Part shown: positions 9,116 to 18,914 of the stretch, in pieces | Layout: every line of letters starts with the position of its first letter | Numbering within the stretch: the first letter of the stretch is position 1 | Assembly: GCA_963804645.1 (NCBI GenBank) | Contig: CAWDRG010000011.1 | Coordinates: 32,001 to 96,000 of the forward strand | DNA length: 64,000 nt | From: an uncultured Bacillota bacterium | GTDB taxonomy: Bacteria; Sysuimicrobiota; Sysuimicrobiia; Sysuimicrobiales; Segetimicrobiaceae | Reading direction: 5' to 3' | The notes under the pieces: generated by a model | The model's input: the letters and a program-made list of their open reading frames with translations, nothing else | Told to the model about the DNA's origin: nothing | Database searches by the model: none | Program-made: the position numbers and the translations under genes

Positions 9116-9766
9116 ATGGACACACCGCAGATGCACGGATTCCTGTTCTACCGCGTGCCGCCGGGGGAACGGACCCCCGCGGGAGCCGGGCGCGCCCGGG
9201 AGGCGCTCGAGGAAGCGTCGAGCGTCCCTGGAATCGCCGGTCTGTACACGTACAGCCTCGTCGGGTTCCGCGGAGACGCCGAGTTGGGTTGCTGGGTCGC
9301 CGCGTCCGATCCGGACGCGTTTCAGGCCTCCGCGGGCGCGCTCGCGCGCAGCGGGCTGGAGCTCACGTGGAGCTTGTGGGGATTCGTGCGCCCGTCGCAG
9401 TACACGGGGCGCGACGGCACGAACGTCACCGTCCCCGGATCGCGCCGCCGCTTTCTCATCGTGTACCCGTTCAGCAAGACCCATGAATGGTACCAGATGG
9501 CCCCGGAGATCCGCCGCACGATGATGATGGAGCACGCGCGCTTCGGGCACAGCTTTGAGGAGATCGAGCAGCTGCTGCTCTACTGCACCGGGCTGTCCGA
9601 CTGGGAGTTCGTCGTCGGCTACGAGACCGACGATCTGACCAAGTTCCAAGAGTTGGTCACCGGGATGCGGAGCACTGCGGGGCGGCCGTACACGCTGCGC
9701 GACACCCCGACGTTCACCGGCCGGCATGGGTCGGTCGACGAGACGCTGCGCCGCATCTTCGGGTGA
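9116..9766 (+). CDS. Chlorite dismutase/coproheme decarboxylase (Cld/ChdC) family protein
   Basis: YSLVGFRGDAEL, VYPFSKTHEWY, proximal His in MMEH, GLSDWEFVVGYETD, RDTPTFTG. Confidence 0.85.
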   Translation: MDTPQMHGFLFYRVPPGERTPAGAGRAREALEEASSVPGIAGLYTYSLVGFRGDAELGCWVAASDPDAFQASAGALARSGLELTWSLWGFVRPSQYTGRDGTNVTVPGSRRRFLIVYPFSKTHEWYQMAPEIRRTMMMEHARFGHSFEEIEQLLLYCTGLSDWEFVVGYETDDLTKFQELVTGMRSTAGRPYTLRDTPTFTGRHGSVDETLRRIFG

Positions 9767-9782
9767 GAGGGAGGAGAGCGCC

Positions 9783-10295
9783 GTGGAGTTCGCGCGCGTC
9801 TATGACGTCCAGCTGCAAGCCCGCGAGAAGCTGCTGACCTGGGTGCGCCCGCTGTCACAGGCGCAGTACACGCAGGCGTTTCCCTTCGGCATGCGGTCCG
9901 TCCGGGGCTCGCTCGTCGAGATCGCCCGGGCGGAGTTCTTCCTGTCACACCGGCTCCTGGAGGAGCCGCTGCCGCCCGCCGGCGAGTGGCCGTTCTCCGA
10001 AGCCAAGCAGCCGACCCTGGCGGACCTCGAGCCGGTGTGGGCCGCGCAGTCGGCCGAGATCCGCGCGGCCCTTGCCCGCACGACCGATTGGGACCGCGAG
10101 GTGACCGCGCGGCTCGTGCGGGAGAGCGGACCGGTCCGGCTGACGGCCACGAAGGGTGACATCGCCGTGCAGATCCTCCTGCACGACGTCCACCACCGCG
10201 CGCAGGCGATGGCGATGCTGCGCCAGTTGGGGGTGGAAGCCCAGAACCTCGACTACATTCGGTTTACGCAGCGCGCAGAGCCGGATCCGCGGTAG
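9783..10295 (+). CDS. DinB family protein
   Basis: GGAGGAG RBS, GTG start; FPFGMRSVRGSL; C-terminal LLHDVHHRAQAMAMLRQLG. Confidence 0.85.
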   Translation: MEFARVYDVQLQAREKLLTWVRPLSQAQYTQAFPFGMRSVRGSLVEIARAEFFLSHRLLEEPLPPAGEWPFSEAKQPTLADLEPVWAAQSAEIRAALARTTDWDREVTARLVRESGPVRLTATKGDIAVQILLHDVHHRAQAMAMLRQLGVEAQNLDYIRFTQRAEPDPR

Positions 10296-10315
10296 CCGGT
10301 CGGGACAGCGCCCGT

Positions 10316-13300
10316 CTACGACACCGTTTCGTCCGGCGCGGCCGCGGCGTCCTCCACCGCGGCGTACACCGGGAAGATCCCGCCGAGCCCGGACGTGTCG
10401 AGCAGGCGGCGCGCGGGCGACCCCGGGGACGCAACGAGCACGAGGCGGCACCGGCGCGTGCCGATGCGGCGCCCGACCTGCAGCAGGGCCTGCAGGCCGC
10501 GGCTGTCGAGATAGGACACGGAGGAGAGCGACAGCACGACGACTCCGGACGCCTGCACCACCGCATCCTCGAGCATCGCCGCAAACCGTGCCACGTTGAC
10601 CTGGTCGAGGTCCCCTTCGAGCGAGACGACGGGGACGGTCCCCACGAATCCGACCACCATCTCCGCCAGATCGTCGACCCGCCGGCGGGCGGTGGGCCGC
10701 TCCCGGGGCGTCTCGGCCGCTCGCAGCGTGGGCAGGGCCGCCGCGCGCTCCCGCAGCGGCGCGGCCGACGGGATCGCGATCGCCAGGCGGACCACGGTGC
10801 CCGTCTCGGTCGTGGTCATGTCCATGGCGTCCACCAGGCCGCGCATGAGGGTAATGCCCCGGCCTCCCCGCGTATCCGCGCGCTGCGGCCGCCACCGCCC
10901 CCGATCCTCGATCTCGACCCTGAGCATGTCTCCGTCGCGGCGCGCCCGGAGGTGCACCGTCCCAGGACGGACCCCGTAGGCGTGCTCGATCGTGTTGTTG
11001 ACAGCCTCCCCGGTCGCGATGATCATCGCCGACGCCCGCGAGGCCTCCACCCCGAGGTTCTCCATCAGCTGCTGCATCGCGTGGCGGATCGGACGCAGGC
11101 TCGACATCGCCGCGGGGAAGACCAGGTCCAGGCGTTCGAGCGGGACGGCGTCCAGCGCGACCACGACGATGGCGATGTCGTCCGACGCGCGCCGGTCGCC
11201 GACGACGCGCTCCAGGATCCGCGCCGCGGGGTCGGCCGACGGCGTCTCGAGTTCACGCTCGACGGCGGACAGGAGCGCGGCGTGTCCCGCGACGGCGTCG
11301 CGCGACACCTCGACCAGACCGTCGGTGTACAGCACGACGAGCGAGCCCCGCGCGAGGTCCACGGTCCACGACGGCGCGGGCTGCGCTTCCAAGAACCCGA
11401 GCGGCAGCCCGCCCGTGGCGAGCGCGTGCGCGCGTCCGTCCACGGCCACGATCGGCGCGGGATGCGCCGCGGTCGCGTAGGTGAAGGTGAGCGCGATCGG
11501 ATCCAGGACGCCGAACACCGCGGTCGTCATCGCCTCGTCCGCGTGACTCAGGCGAAGCACCTCGCTCGCGGCCGCCAGCACGCCCGCGGGCGCGCGGTGC
11601 TCGAGCGCCGCCGCGCGCATCGAGTGCCGCACCTGTCCCATGATCACCGCCGCGTCGACCCCGTGGCCCACGACGTCGCCGATCACGAGCGCGAGGCGGC
11701 CGTCCGGCAGCCGAAATGCGTCGTACCAATCCCCGCCGATCTCGGCGCCCGGGCTCGCGGGCACGTACGTCGCATGCACGTGCAGCCCGGGGACCTCCGG
11801 CAGCGTGACCGGCAGCAGCGCGTGCTGCAGGGTCTCCGCCACGCGGTGCTCGTGCGCGTACAGGCGGGCCCGCTCGAGCGCCTGCGCGCACAGGCGGGCG
11901 ATCGCGAGCAGCAGCGCCCGGTCTCGGTCCGAGAACTCAAGCGGCGTCGGAAACAGGAACAGCATCACGCCAAAGGGGGCGCCCGCCGTCTGCAGCGGCA
12001 GCACCGCGCGCGCGCCGACCGGACGCGGCAGCGGCAGGATGCCCGGGAACGATTTGGCCATGACGTCGAGCGACTCGAGAAACACCGCCGCCCCGTCGCG
12101 CAGGACGTCGCGGATCGGCGTCTCGCGATCCTCGACCGGGATGCGCTGCCAGCGCCGGCCGAGCGCCTCCCCGAGGCCGATGTCGCGGATCGCCTCGAGC
12201 GTCTTGCCGTCGGCGCTCAACAGCGAGACCAGGGCCGCGCTCGCCCCGATCGCCGGCAGCGCCTGGTCGATGACGACCGACGCCACGTCCGCCGGCGTGA
12301 TGGCTTTGGAGAGGCCGGCGGTGATCGCCTGGAGCCGCTCGACCGCCTGCCGCTGAATCTGCTCCGCCTGGTGCAGGCGCGCGTTGTCGACGGCGACCGC
12401 GGCGTGGCTCGCGAGCTCCTCGGCAAAGGCCAGATCGGACCGGGTGTACCGCCGTCCCGACGCGGTCGAAATGAACCCGAGCGCACCGAGCACCCGATTC
12501 CCGACCGTCAGCGGGACCACCATCATCGACCGGCATCCGAGCTCCCGCATCACGGCCCGCGTGCGGGGATCGCCGATGCTCCGGGCCAGCACCTCGTCGG
12601 TCGCGTCCTCGTACAGCACCGGCCGCCCGGTGCGGATCACCTCGGTCGCGAGCCGGCGCGCGCCGAGGTCGGACGGAAATCCTTCGCGCAGGGCCGATGC
12701 CAGCGGCTGCCGGTCGGGATCGTGGTGCACCACGGCCACGGGCCGGACCCGGCCGTCCTCGCCGACCAAATCGACGGTGCACAAATCGGTCACCCTGCGC
12801 ACGGCGAGCGCCGCGAGACCCTCGAGTGTGCGCTGGATGTCGAGCGAGGACCCGAGCACGTTAGCCGCCTCGACCAGGAACTGCTGGTGACGCTCGGTGC
12901 GCTTCCGGTCCGAGATGTCGCGGACGACCGCCGAGGCGCCGCTCACGGAACCCGACGCGTCGCCGAGGAGCGAGACCGTCACGGCCACGTCGATCGGCGT
13001 GCCGTCCTTTCTGATCGCGACGCTCTCGTAGCGCTGGATCGGGCCACCGCGCCGCAGCAACTCCAGCCGCTGCCGCATGTTGTCGGGACCGTCCGCGGGC
13101 GCGAGCATCGTGATCGGCTTCCCGATCGCCTCCGCGGCGGAGTACCCGTATAGCCGCTCGGCGCCCGCGTTCCACGTCAGGATGACCCCATCGAGCGACT
13201 GGCTTAGGATCGCGTCGTCCGCCGACTCGACGATCATCGCCAGGCGGCTCGACGCCCCCTGCGCGACGCGAAGCCGCGCCGCGCCTTCGACCGTCGCGAT

Positions 13301-13630
13301 CAGCACCAACCAGAACAGCGCGAGAATCGGCAGCGTCTCCGGAGACACGACCAGGGTGTACGCGGGCGGAATGATCAGGTACCATCCGGCGACCATCGCC
13401 ACCAATCCGGACACGACCCCCGGCAGGCTGCCGAAGTAGTACGCGACGATGCCCACTAACGGGATGTCGAGAAATAGAAAGCCGTCCTTCGGGAACGACA
13501 AATGCAGGCACCATGCCACGACGGTGGTGAGCAGCGCCGCGAGGACGGCCACGATGATGCCCAGGACCGTCTCGCCGCGGTTCATCGACAGCGGAAGTTG
13601 CATTTGAAGAGGCCGACCAAGATTCGCCAT
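10316..13630 (-). CDS. Membrane sensor(DUF4118-like)-PAS-GAF-GAF-PP2C(SpoIIE/RsbU)-anti-sigma kinase(RsbW)-STAS(RsbV) fusion protein
   Basis: N-terminal TM helices; PAS WNAGAERLYGY...RKDG; two GAFs; PP2C GGDWYD, GDVVGHG, LYTDGL, DD; HATPase EAVNNTIEHAY, DRG, GRGI; STAS GDLD...SYLDSRGL. Confidence 0.92.
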   Translation of the reverse strand: MANLGRPLQMQLPLSMNRGETVLGIIVAVLAALLTTVVAWCLHLSFPKDGFLFLDIPLVGIVAYYFGSLPGVVSGLVAMVAGWYLIIPPAYTLVVSPETLPILALFWLVLIATVEGAARLRVAQGASSRLAMIVESADDAILSQSLDGVILTWNAGAERLYGYSAAEAIGKPITMLAPADGPDNMRQRLELLRRGGPIQRYESVAIRKDGTPIDVAVTVSLLGDASGSVSGASAVVRDISDRKRTERHQQFLVEAANVLGSSLDIQRTLEGLAALAVRRVTDLCTVDLVGEDGRVRPVAVVHHDPDRQPLASALREGFPSDLGARRLATEVIRTGRPVLYEDATDEVLARSIGDPRTRAVMRELGCRSMMVVPLTVGNRVLGALGFISTASGRRYTRSDLAFAEELASHAAVAVDNARLHQAEQIQRQAVERLQAITAGLSKAITPADVASVVIDQALPAIGASAALVSLLSADGKTLEAIRDIGLGEALGRRWQRIPVEDRETPIRDVLRDGAAVFLESLDVMAKSFPGILPLPRPVGARAVLPLQTAGAPFGVMLFLFPTPLEFSDRDRALLLAIARLCAQALERARLYAHEHRVAETLQHALLPVTLPEVPGLHVHATYVPASPGAEIGGDWYDAFRLPDGRLALVIGDVVGHGVDAAVIMGQVRHSMRAAALEHRAPAGVLAAASEVLRLSHADEAMTTAVFGVLDPIALTFTYATAAHPAPIVAVDGRAHALATGGLPLGFLEAQPAPSWTVDLARGSLVVLYTDGLVEVSRDAVAGHAALLSAVERELETPSADPAARILERVVGDRRASDDIAIVVVALDAVPLERLDLVFPAAMSSLRPIRHAMQQLMENLGVEASRASAMIIATGEAVNNTIEHAYGVRPGTVHLRARRDGDMLRVEIEDRGRWRPQRADTRGGRGITLMRGLVDAMDMTTTETGTVVRLAIAIPSAAPLRERAAALPTLRAAETPRERPTARRRVDDLAEMVVGFVGTVPVVSLEGDLDQVNVARFAAMLEDAVVQASGVVVLSLSSVSYLDSRGLQALLQVGRRIGTRRCRLVLVASPGSPARRLLDTSGLGGIFPVYAAVEDAAAAPDETVS

Positions 13631-13703
13631 CCGAACTCCCCCCAGAGGGTGGCGCGCCGAGCCCGTGCCCGAGGGTCCGGGCGGCGGCTCGGCGTCGACT
13701 GTT

Positions 13704-13731
13704 GTTCGCCGCGGACCGCCCCGCACCCTGT
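13704..13731 (-). promoter_or_regulatory. Sigma-H-like promoter ACAGGG-N18-GAAC
   Basis: About 75 nt upstream of ATG 13630, correct orientation. Confidence 0.45.
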
Positions 13732-13785
13732 CCCGGCAGAGGCCCCGGCCGGACGGCCGGAGAAGTGGCCCGGGGAGCCGTACGC

Positions 13786-15911
13786 ATGCCTCGACCGTAT
13801 CGGATCGGCCTCGACATCGGCGGCACGTTTACCGACCTCGTGCTGGCCAACGACGCGACCGGCGAGATCCGCCTGCACAAGCTGCTGACGACCCCGCGCG
13901 ACCCGGCCGAGGGGGCGCTCCGCGGCCTCGAGGAATTGTGCCGGGCCGCCGACATCGCCCTCGGCGACGTCGCGGCCCTCGTACACGGCACCACGCTCGT
14001 GACAAACGCGATCATCGAGCGCACCGGCGCGCGCACCGCCCTCATGACGACCCGGGGATTCCGAGACATCCTCGAGATGGGCAAGGAGCAGCGCTACGAC
14101 ATCTACGACCTCTTCCTCCAGTACCCGGCCCCGCTCGTTCCCCGGCGGTGGCGGATCGAGGTCGACGAGCGCCTCGCCCGGGACGGCACGGTGCTCAGGC
14201 CGCTCGATCCGGACGAGGTGCGGGCGGCCGCCCGGACGCTGGTCTCGCAGGGGGTCGAGGCGATCGCCGTCGCGTTCCTCCACGCGTACGCCAACCCCGC
14301 GCACGAGCGCGCGGTCCGGGACCTCCTCGCGCGAGCGCACCCCACCCTCAGCGTGTCTATCTCGAGCGAGGTCGATCCGGAGATCCGCGAGTACGAGCGC
14401 ACCTGCACCACGGCCTGCAACGCGTACGTACAGCCGCTGGCCGACCGGTACCTCGCGCGCCTGGCTCGGGCGCTCGACGCCCGCGGCTTCCGCGGCCGGT
14501 TTACGCTGATGCAGTCCTCGGGCGGCACGATCGCGCCGGACGCCGCGCGCCGGTTTCCGATCCGCCTCTTGGAGTCCGGGCCGGCCGGCGGCGCGCTCGT
14601 CACCGCCTTCTTCGGCGCGCAGCTCGCCCGGCGGGATCTCGTCGCGTTCGACATGGGGGGCACGACCGCGAAGCTGTGCCTGATTCGCGACGGCCGCCCG
14701 GAGATCGCGCCGAGCATCGAGGCGGCGCGCGTCCACCGGTTCAAGCGCGGGTCCGGGCTGCCGGTCACCGTGCCGGTCGTGGACATGATGGAGATCGGCG
14801 CCGGCGGCGGGTCGGTCGCGCGCGTCGACACGCTCGGGCTCCTGAAGGTGGGCCCCCACAGCGCGGGCGCCTCTCCGGGGCCGGCCAGCTACGGGCTCGG
14901 CGGGGACGACGCGACCGTCACCGATGCCTGCGTCGTCCTCGGCTACTTCGATCCCGGCTCCTTTCTCGGCGGGACGATGCGGCTCGACCGGGACGCCGCG
15001 GCGCGCGCGCTCGGACGCCTCGGCGCCCAGGTCGGGCTCGATCCGATCGCCGCCGCCTGGGGCGTGTACCAGATCGTGAGCGAGAACATGGCCGCCGCGG
15101 CGCGCGTGTATCTGATCGAACGCGGGCAGGATCCCCGGCGGTTCGCGATGGTCGCGTTCGGAGGCGCGGGTCCGGCGCACGCGCCCCGGGTCGCCCGGAT
15201 CCTCGGCGTCGAGGAGGTGATCGTCCCGCGGGCCTCAGGGGTCGCCTCGGCGCTCGGCTTCCTCGTCTCCCCCACGAGCTTCGATCTCGTCCACTCCCAC
15301 CCGGGCGTCCTCGATGCGCTCGAGTGGACGCAGGTCACGGCGCTGTACGAGGCGATGGAGGCGCAGGGCCGCGCGCTGCTCCGCGACGCCGGCGTCCGGC
15401 CCGAGGAAGTCACCTGCCGGCGCCGCGCCGACGCGCGCCTCGCCGGGCAGTTCCACGACATCGAGATCCCGGTCCCCGACGGCCGCCTCGCCGAGACCCA
15501 CGCGCCGGTGCTCGCGGCCGCGTTCGAGGCCGAATACCGGCGGCTGTACGGCACCTTCCTCCCCGGGCGCCAGGTGCAAGTGCTCAACTGGCGCGTCCTC
15601 GTGACCGGCCCGCCGCCGGCCCTCGCGCTCGCGCGTACCGGCGCGTCCCGGGAACCGACGGCGCGGCCGCGCTGCGGGGGCGACGCGCCGCCTACTTCCC
15701 CGAGACCGAGGGATTCGTGGAGGTTCCGGTCTACGACCGCGACCGCCTGGTCCCAGGCGCGCGCGTCCGGGGACCTGCGATCGTCGAGGAGCGCGAGGCC
15801 ACAACCGTCGTCGGGCCCGGCGACGCGCTGACGGTCGATCCCCTCTCCAACCTGATCGTCCGGGTGGCCCCGCCCGCGGCCCGCGCGCCGACCTCGCGCG
15901 ACGCGCGATGA
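13786..15911 (+). CDS. Hydantoinase/oxoprolinase subunit A (ATP-binding); frameshift near 15650
   Basis: GLDIGGTFTD, HGTTLVTNA, EYER, ESGPAGG, DMGGTT, GAGGGS, FGGAG. The conserved C-terminus (RAAYF...PVYDR...GPAIVEE..ATTVV) is in another frame ending at 15911, overlapping the next start. Confidence 0.88.
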
Positions 15912-17617
15912 CGCCTCCGTTTGATCCGGTGTCGCTCGAGATCATGTGGAGCCGGCTCGTCCACATCGCCGAAGAATGCTGGATCACGATTTACCGCACC
16001 GCGTTCAGTACGATCATCGGCGAAGCGCAGGATTTCGGGTGCGAACTGTTCGACGCGGACGCCCAGTCGATCGCCCACTCCACGCGCTCGATGCCGGTGT
16101 TCAACCTGACGCTGCCGCTCGCGGTCCGGCAGATGCTGCGGGCGTATCCGAAAGAGACGCTCGCCCCCGGCGATGTCTTGATCACCAACGACCCGTGGAT
16201 CTGCGCCGGGCATCTGCCCGACCTCGCCATCGTCACGCCGGTGTTCCGCCGGGACGCGCTCGTCGGCCTGGTGGGGTCGATCGCCCACGCGTCGGACATC
16301 GGCGGGACCCGGGACTCGTCCCTCGCGCGCGAGGTGTACGACGAGGGGCTGCAGATTCCACCGCTCCGCCTCTACCGGGCCGGCGTGCTCAACGAGGACC
16401 TCGCAGCGATGATCGGCCGCAACGTCCGGCGCCCCGAGATGGTGCTCGGCGACATTCAGGCGCAGGTCACGAGCAACCACGTGGGCGCGACGCGCCTCGT
16501 CGCGTTCATGGACGAGTACCGCCTCGACTCCCTCGCGGTGCTGGCGCACGAGGTGCAGGATCGGGCGGAGCGCGCCATGCGGGACGCGATCCGCGCGGTG
16601 CCGGAGGGGACGTACCGGAGCGAGGTCGGGTTCGACGGGATGGGCGAGCCGCTGCGGCTGCCCTGCGCGGTCACGGTCCGCGGAGACGAGATCACGGTCG
16701 ACTGGACCGGCGCGCCGCCGCAGCTGCCGCGCGGCGGCGTCAACTGCACGTACCACTACACGGCCGCGCACACCACGTACGCGCTGAAATCGATCCTGAC
16801 GCCCGAGATCCGGTCCAACGCCGGCTGCTACCGGCCGTTTCGCGTCATCGCGCCGGAGGGATCCATCCTCAACTGCCGGTACCCGGCCGCCGTAAACAGC
16901 CGCACGCATACGGGCTGGCACCTGGGTCCCGCGGTGTTCCTGGCGCTCGCCGGCGTCCTCCCGGACCGGGTGCAGGCGTTCACGGGTCTCCCGATCGGCA
17001 TGGGCGCGTACGGCGTCGACGGCACCGGGCGGGTCTTCAACGACCACCTGTTCCAGGGCGGCGGCCAGGGCGCAAGCGCCCACGGCGACGGCAAGTCTGC
17101 GCTCCTCTATCCGACCTCCGCCGCGAACGTCTCGGTCGAGATGTTCGAGAGCCGCACGCCGCTCCTGGTGGAATGCAAGGAGCTGATCCCCGACAGCGGC
17201 GGCCCGGGACGCGCCCGCGGCGGACTGGGCCAGCGGGTGCGGATCCGGCTGCTCGCGGCCGGCCCGACGCCGGCCCTCGTCGACTGCTGGCCGCTCGGCC
17301 AGCTCGTGCCGACGCCCGGGCTGCACGGCGGGCATCCGGGAGCCTTGGCGCGCGCCCGCCTCGCCGGCTCCCACGGCGGGGCGCACGGAGAGGCCGCCGA
17401 TCGATCGGGCGTGGTGGAACTGCGCGCGCCGGAGGAGCGCGCGACGATCGAGATCGCGGGGGGCAGCGGCTACGGACCTCCCGCCGAGCGGCCGCTGGAG
17501 CGCGTGCAGCGCGACCTCGACGAGGGGTACATCACGCCCACGGGCGCCGCGGCGTACGGGGTCATCGTGGAACGGGACGGACGGGCGCGGCGGCCGGCCG
17601 CCGGATCATCGGAGTGA
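15908..17617 (+). CDS. Hydantoinase B/oxoprolinase subunit
   Basis: DPVSLEI, RTAFS, TNDPW...HLPD, HASDIGG, EGLQIPP, DSGGPG, GGSGYG. Confidence 0.93.
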   Translation: MTPPFDPVSLEIMWSRLVHIAEECWITIYRTAFSTIIGEAQDFGCELFDADAQSIAHSTRSMPVFNLTLPLAVRQMLRAYPKETLAPGDVLITNDPWICAGHLPDLAIVTPVFRRDALVGLVGSIAHASDIGGTRDSSLAREVYDEGLQIPPLRLYRAGVLNEDLAAMIGRNVRRPEMVLGDIQAQVTSNHVGATRLVAFMDEYRLDSLAVLAHEVQDRAERAMRDAIRAVPEGTYRSEVGFDGMGEPLRLPCAVTVRGDEITVDWTGAPPQLPRGGVNCTYHYTAAHTTYALKSILTPEIRSNAGCYRPFRVIAPEGSILNCRYPAAVNSRTHTGWHLGPAVFLALAGVLPDRVQAFTGLPIGMGAYGVDGTGRVFNDHLFQGGGQGASAHGDGKSALLYPTSAANVSVEMFESRTPLLVECKELIPDSGGPGRARGGLGQRVRIRLLAAGPTPALVDCWPLGQLVPTPGLHGGHPGALARARLAGSHGGAHGEAADRSGVVELRAPEERATIEIAGGSGYGPPAERPLERVQRDLDEGYITPTGAAAYGVIVERDGRARRPAAGSSE

Positions 17618-17668
17618 CGCGCGATCGACGCGGGACGCGCGGCGCCCAACAGGCCTGCGCCGCGCCGG

Positions 17669-18805
17669 CTAGGCGAGAGAGCCGCGCTGTTCCACCTTGA
17701 GATCGTCGGGCGCGATCCTCCGCTTGCCTCGCCCGGAGTTTTCCGCACCCACGGCCGCCGCCTCCACCTTGCGCTGGTCGGGGCGCACCTCCCGCTTCTG
17801 TCCTCGGGGGCGCCGCGGCGCGCCGGCCCAGTTGTCCCAGATGCTCTCCACCGTGTTCTTCAGCAGGGTCAGGTTCTCCGGCGTCGCCGTCCGGCACCGT
17901 AGGGCGATCTCGTCGACGAGGATTTCCATGCGCTCGATGGCATCGGCGAACTCCCGCACGGCGTCGGGCAGGTCGGCGCCCGTTCGCGAAAGATCACCGC
18001 TGCCCAACTTCTCGTCCCACAGCGTCCGGACGGCGCGCATTGTGTCGTCAAACTCCGCGGTGGCCTCACAGTCCGGCACGCTCACCACGGCCGCGCCGTC
18101 GAGCCGCACGATGTTCAGGGAGTCCCGCAGGCGGTCGGCGCTCTTCGGCAGCCCCCCGGCCGTTTCGATGTCCTCCAGAATACCCGCCAGCATCTTGGAC
18201 ACTACGCTCGACGCGATGAAACCCGAGATGTACACGTGGAGCTTTTGCTGCACGTCTCTCAGATCCCGCAGACGCGACGCCTCGACGGAGACCAGCCGGT
18301 CGGCGCCGTCGCCGGCGGCAGACGCTTCCCGGTCGACGTTCGTCACCGCCGACGTGTCGGCGGCCGGACGCACGTCGCGGGAATCATTTCTCACGAACAC
18401 CGGGTCCGGGCCCGCGACGTCATGACGGGCGAGGTCTTGATGGAAGGTATTGGTCGCGACCTCCGGCGCGGGCTGGTCGACGACCGGCCCGCCCGCCCTC
18501 GGGCCGTCTTGCGGCCGGCCAGACCGCAGGATGCCGGTGATGGTCAACCCGGCGATAACGACGCAGGCGACGATGAACTCGGGTTCGGTCAAGTGGCCGG
18601 TGATCGCTGCGAGGATGACCAAGAGGGTCACGATCGCGATGATAAACAGCAACACTTGGTTGTCGATGCGCTGGATCGCGGCCTTGAGGGCATCCGTCAG
18701 CCCGGACAGAGGCGAGCCCCCGGCATCGGACCCGGACGGCGAGCCATTGGAATCTCCGCGCGGTCGACTCACGGCATGCGCGCTCCCCGCCCGTGCGTCG
18801 TCCAC
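17669..18805 (-). CDS. Hypothetical protein with two TM helices and a helical C-terminal domain
   Basis: 378-aa ORF with protein-like composition; hydrophobic VLLFIIAIVTLLVILAAI and FIVACVVIAGLTITGIL; start uncertain. Confidence 0.65.
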   Translation of the reverse strand: MDDARAGSAHAVSRPRGDSNGSPSGSDAGGSPLSGLTDALKAAIQRIDNQVLLFIIAIVTLLVILAAITGHLTEPEFIVACVVIAGLTITGILRSGRPQDGPRAGGPVVDQPAPEVATNTFHQDLARHDVAGPDPVFVRNDSRDVRPAADTSAVTNVDREASAAGDGADRLVSVEASRLRDLRDVQQKLHVYISGFIASSVVSKMLAGILEDIETAGGLPKSADRLRDSLNIVRLDGAAVVSVPDCEATAEFDDTMRAVRTLWDEKLGSGDLSRTGADLPDAVREFADAIERMEILVDEIALRCRTATPENLTLLKNTVESIWDNWAGAPRRPRGQKREVRPDQRKVEAAAVGAENSGRGKRRIAPDDLKVEQRGSLA

Positions 18806-18874
18806 CCCATGGACGACTCTCGGGCCGCGCGACGACGTGCCGTCCCCCCGGCCGCCGCCGACGCGCCTCGCGCT

Positions 18875-18883
18875 ATTCTAACA
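18875..18883 (-). promoter_or_regulatory. Extended -10 element TGtTAGAAT for the orphan gene
   Basis: AT-rich patch in a GC-rich spacer, about 70 nt upstream of 18805. Confidence 0.45.
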
Positions 18884-18914
18884 TACGCCTCGCGTGGCGA
18901 GCGATCCGCGGGCG

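Noticed and set aside
15640..15660. Programmed ribosomal frameshift
   Set aside because: No canonical slippery heptamer; an indel or sequencing error is simpler.
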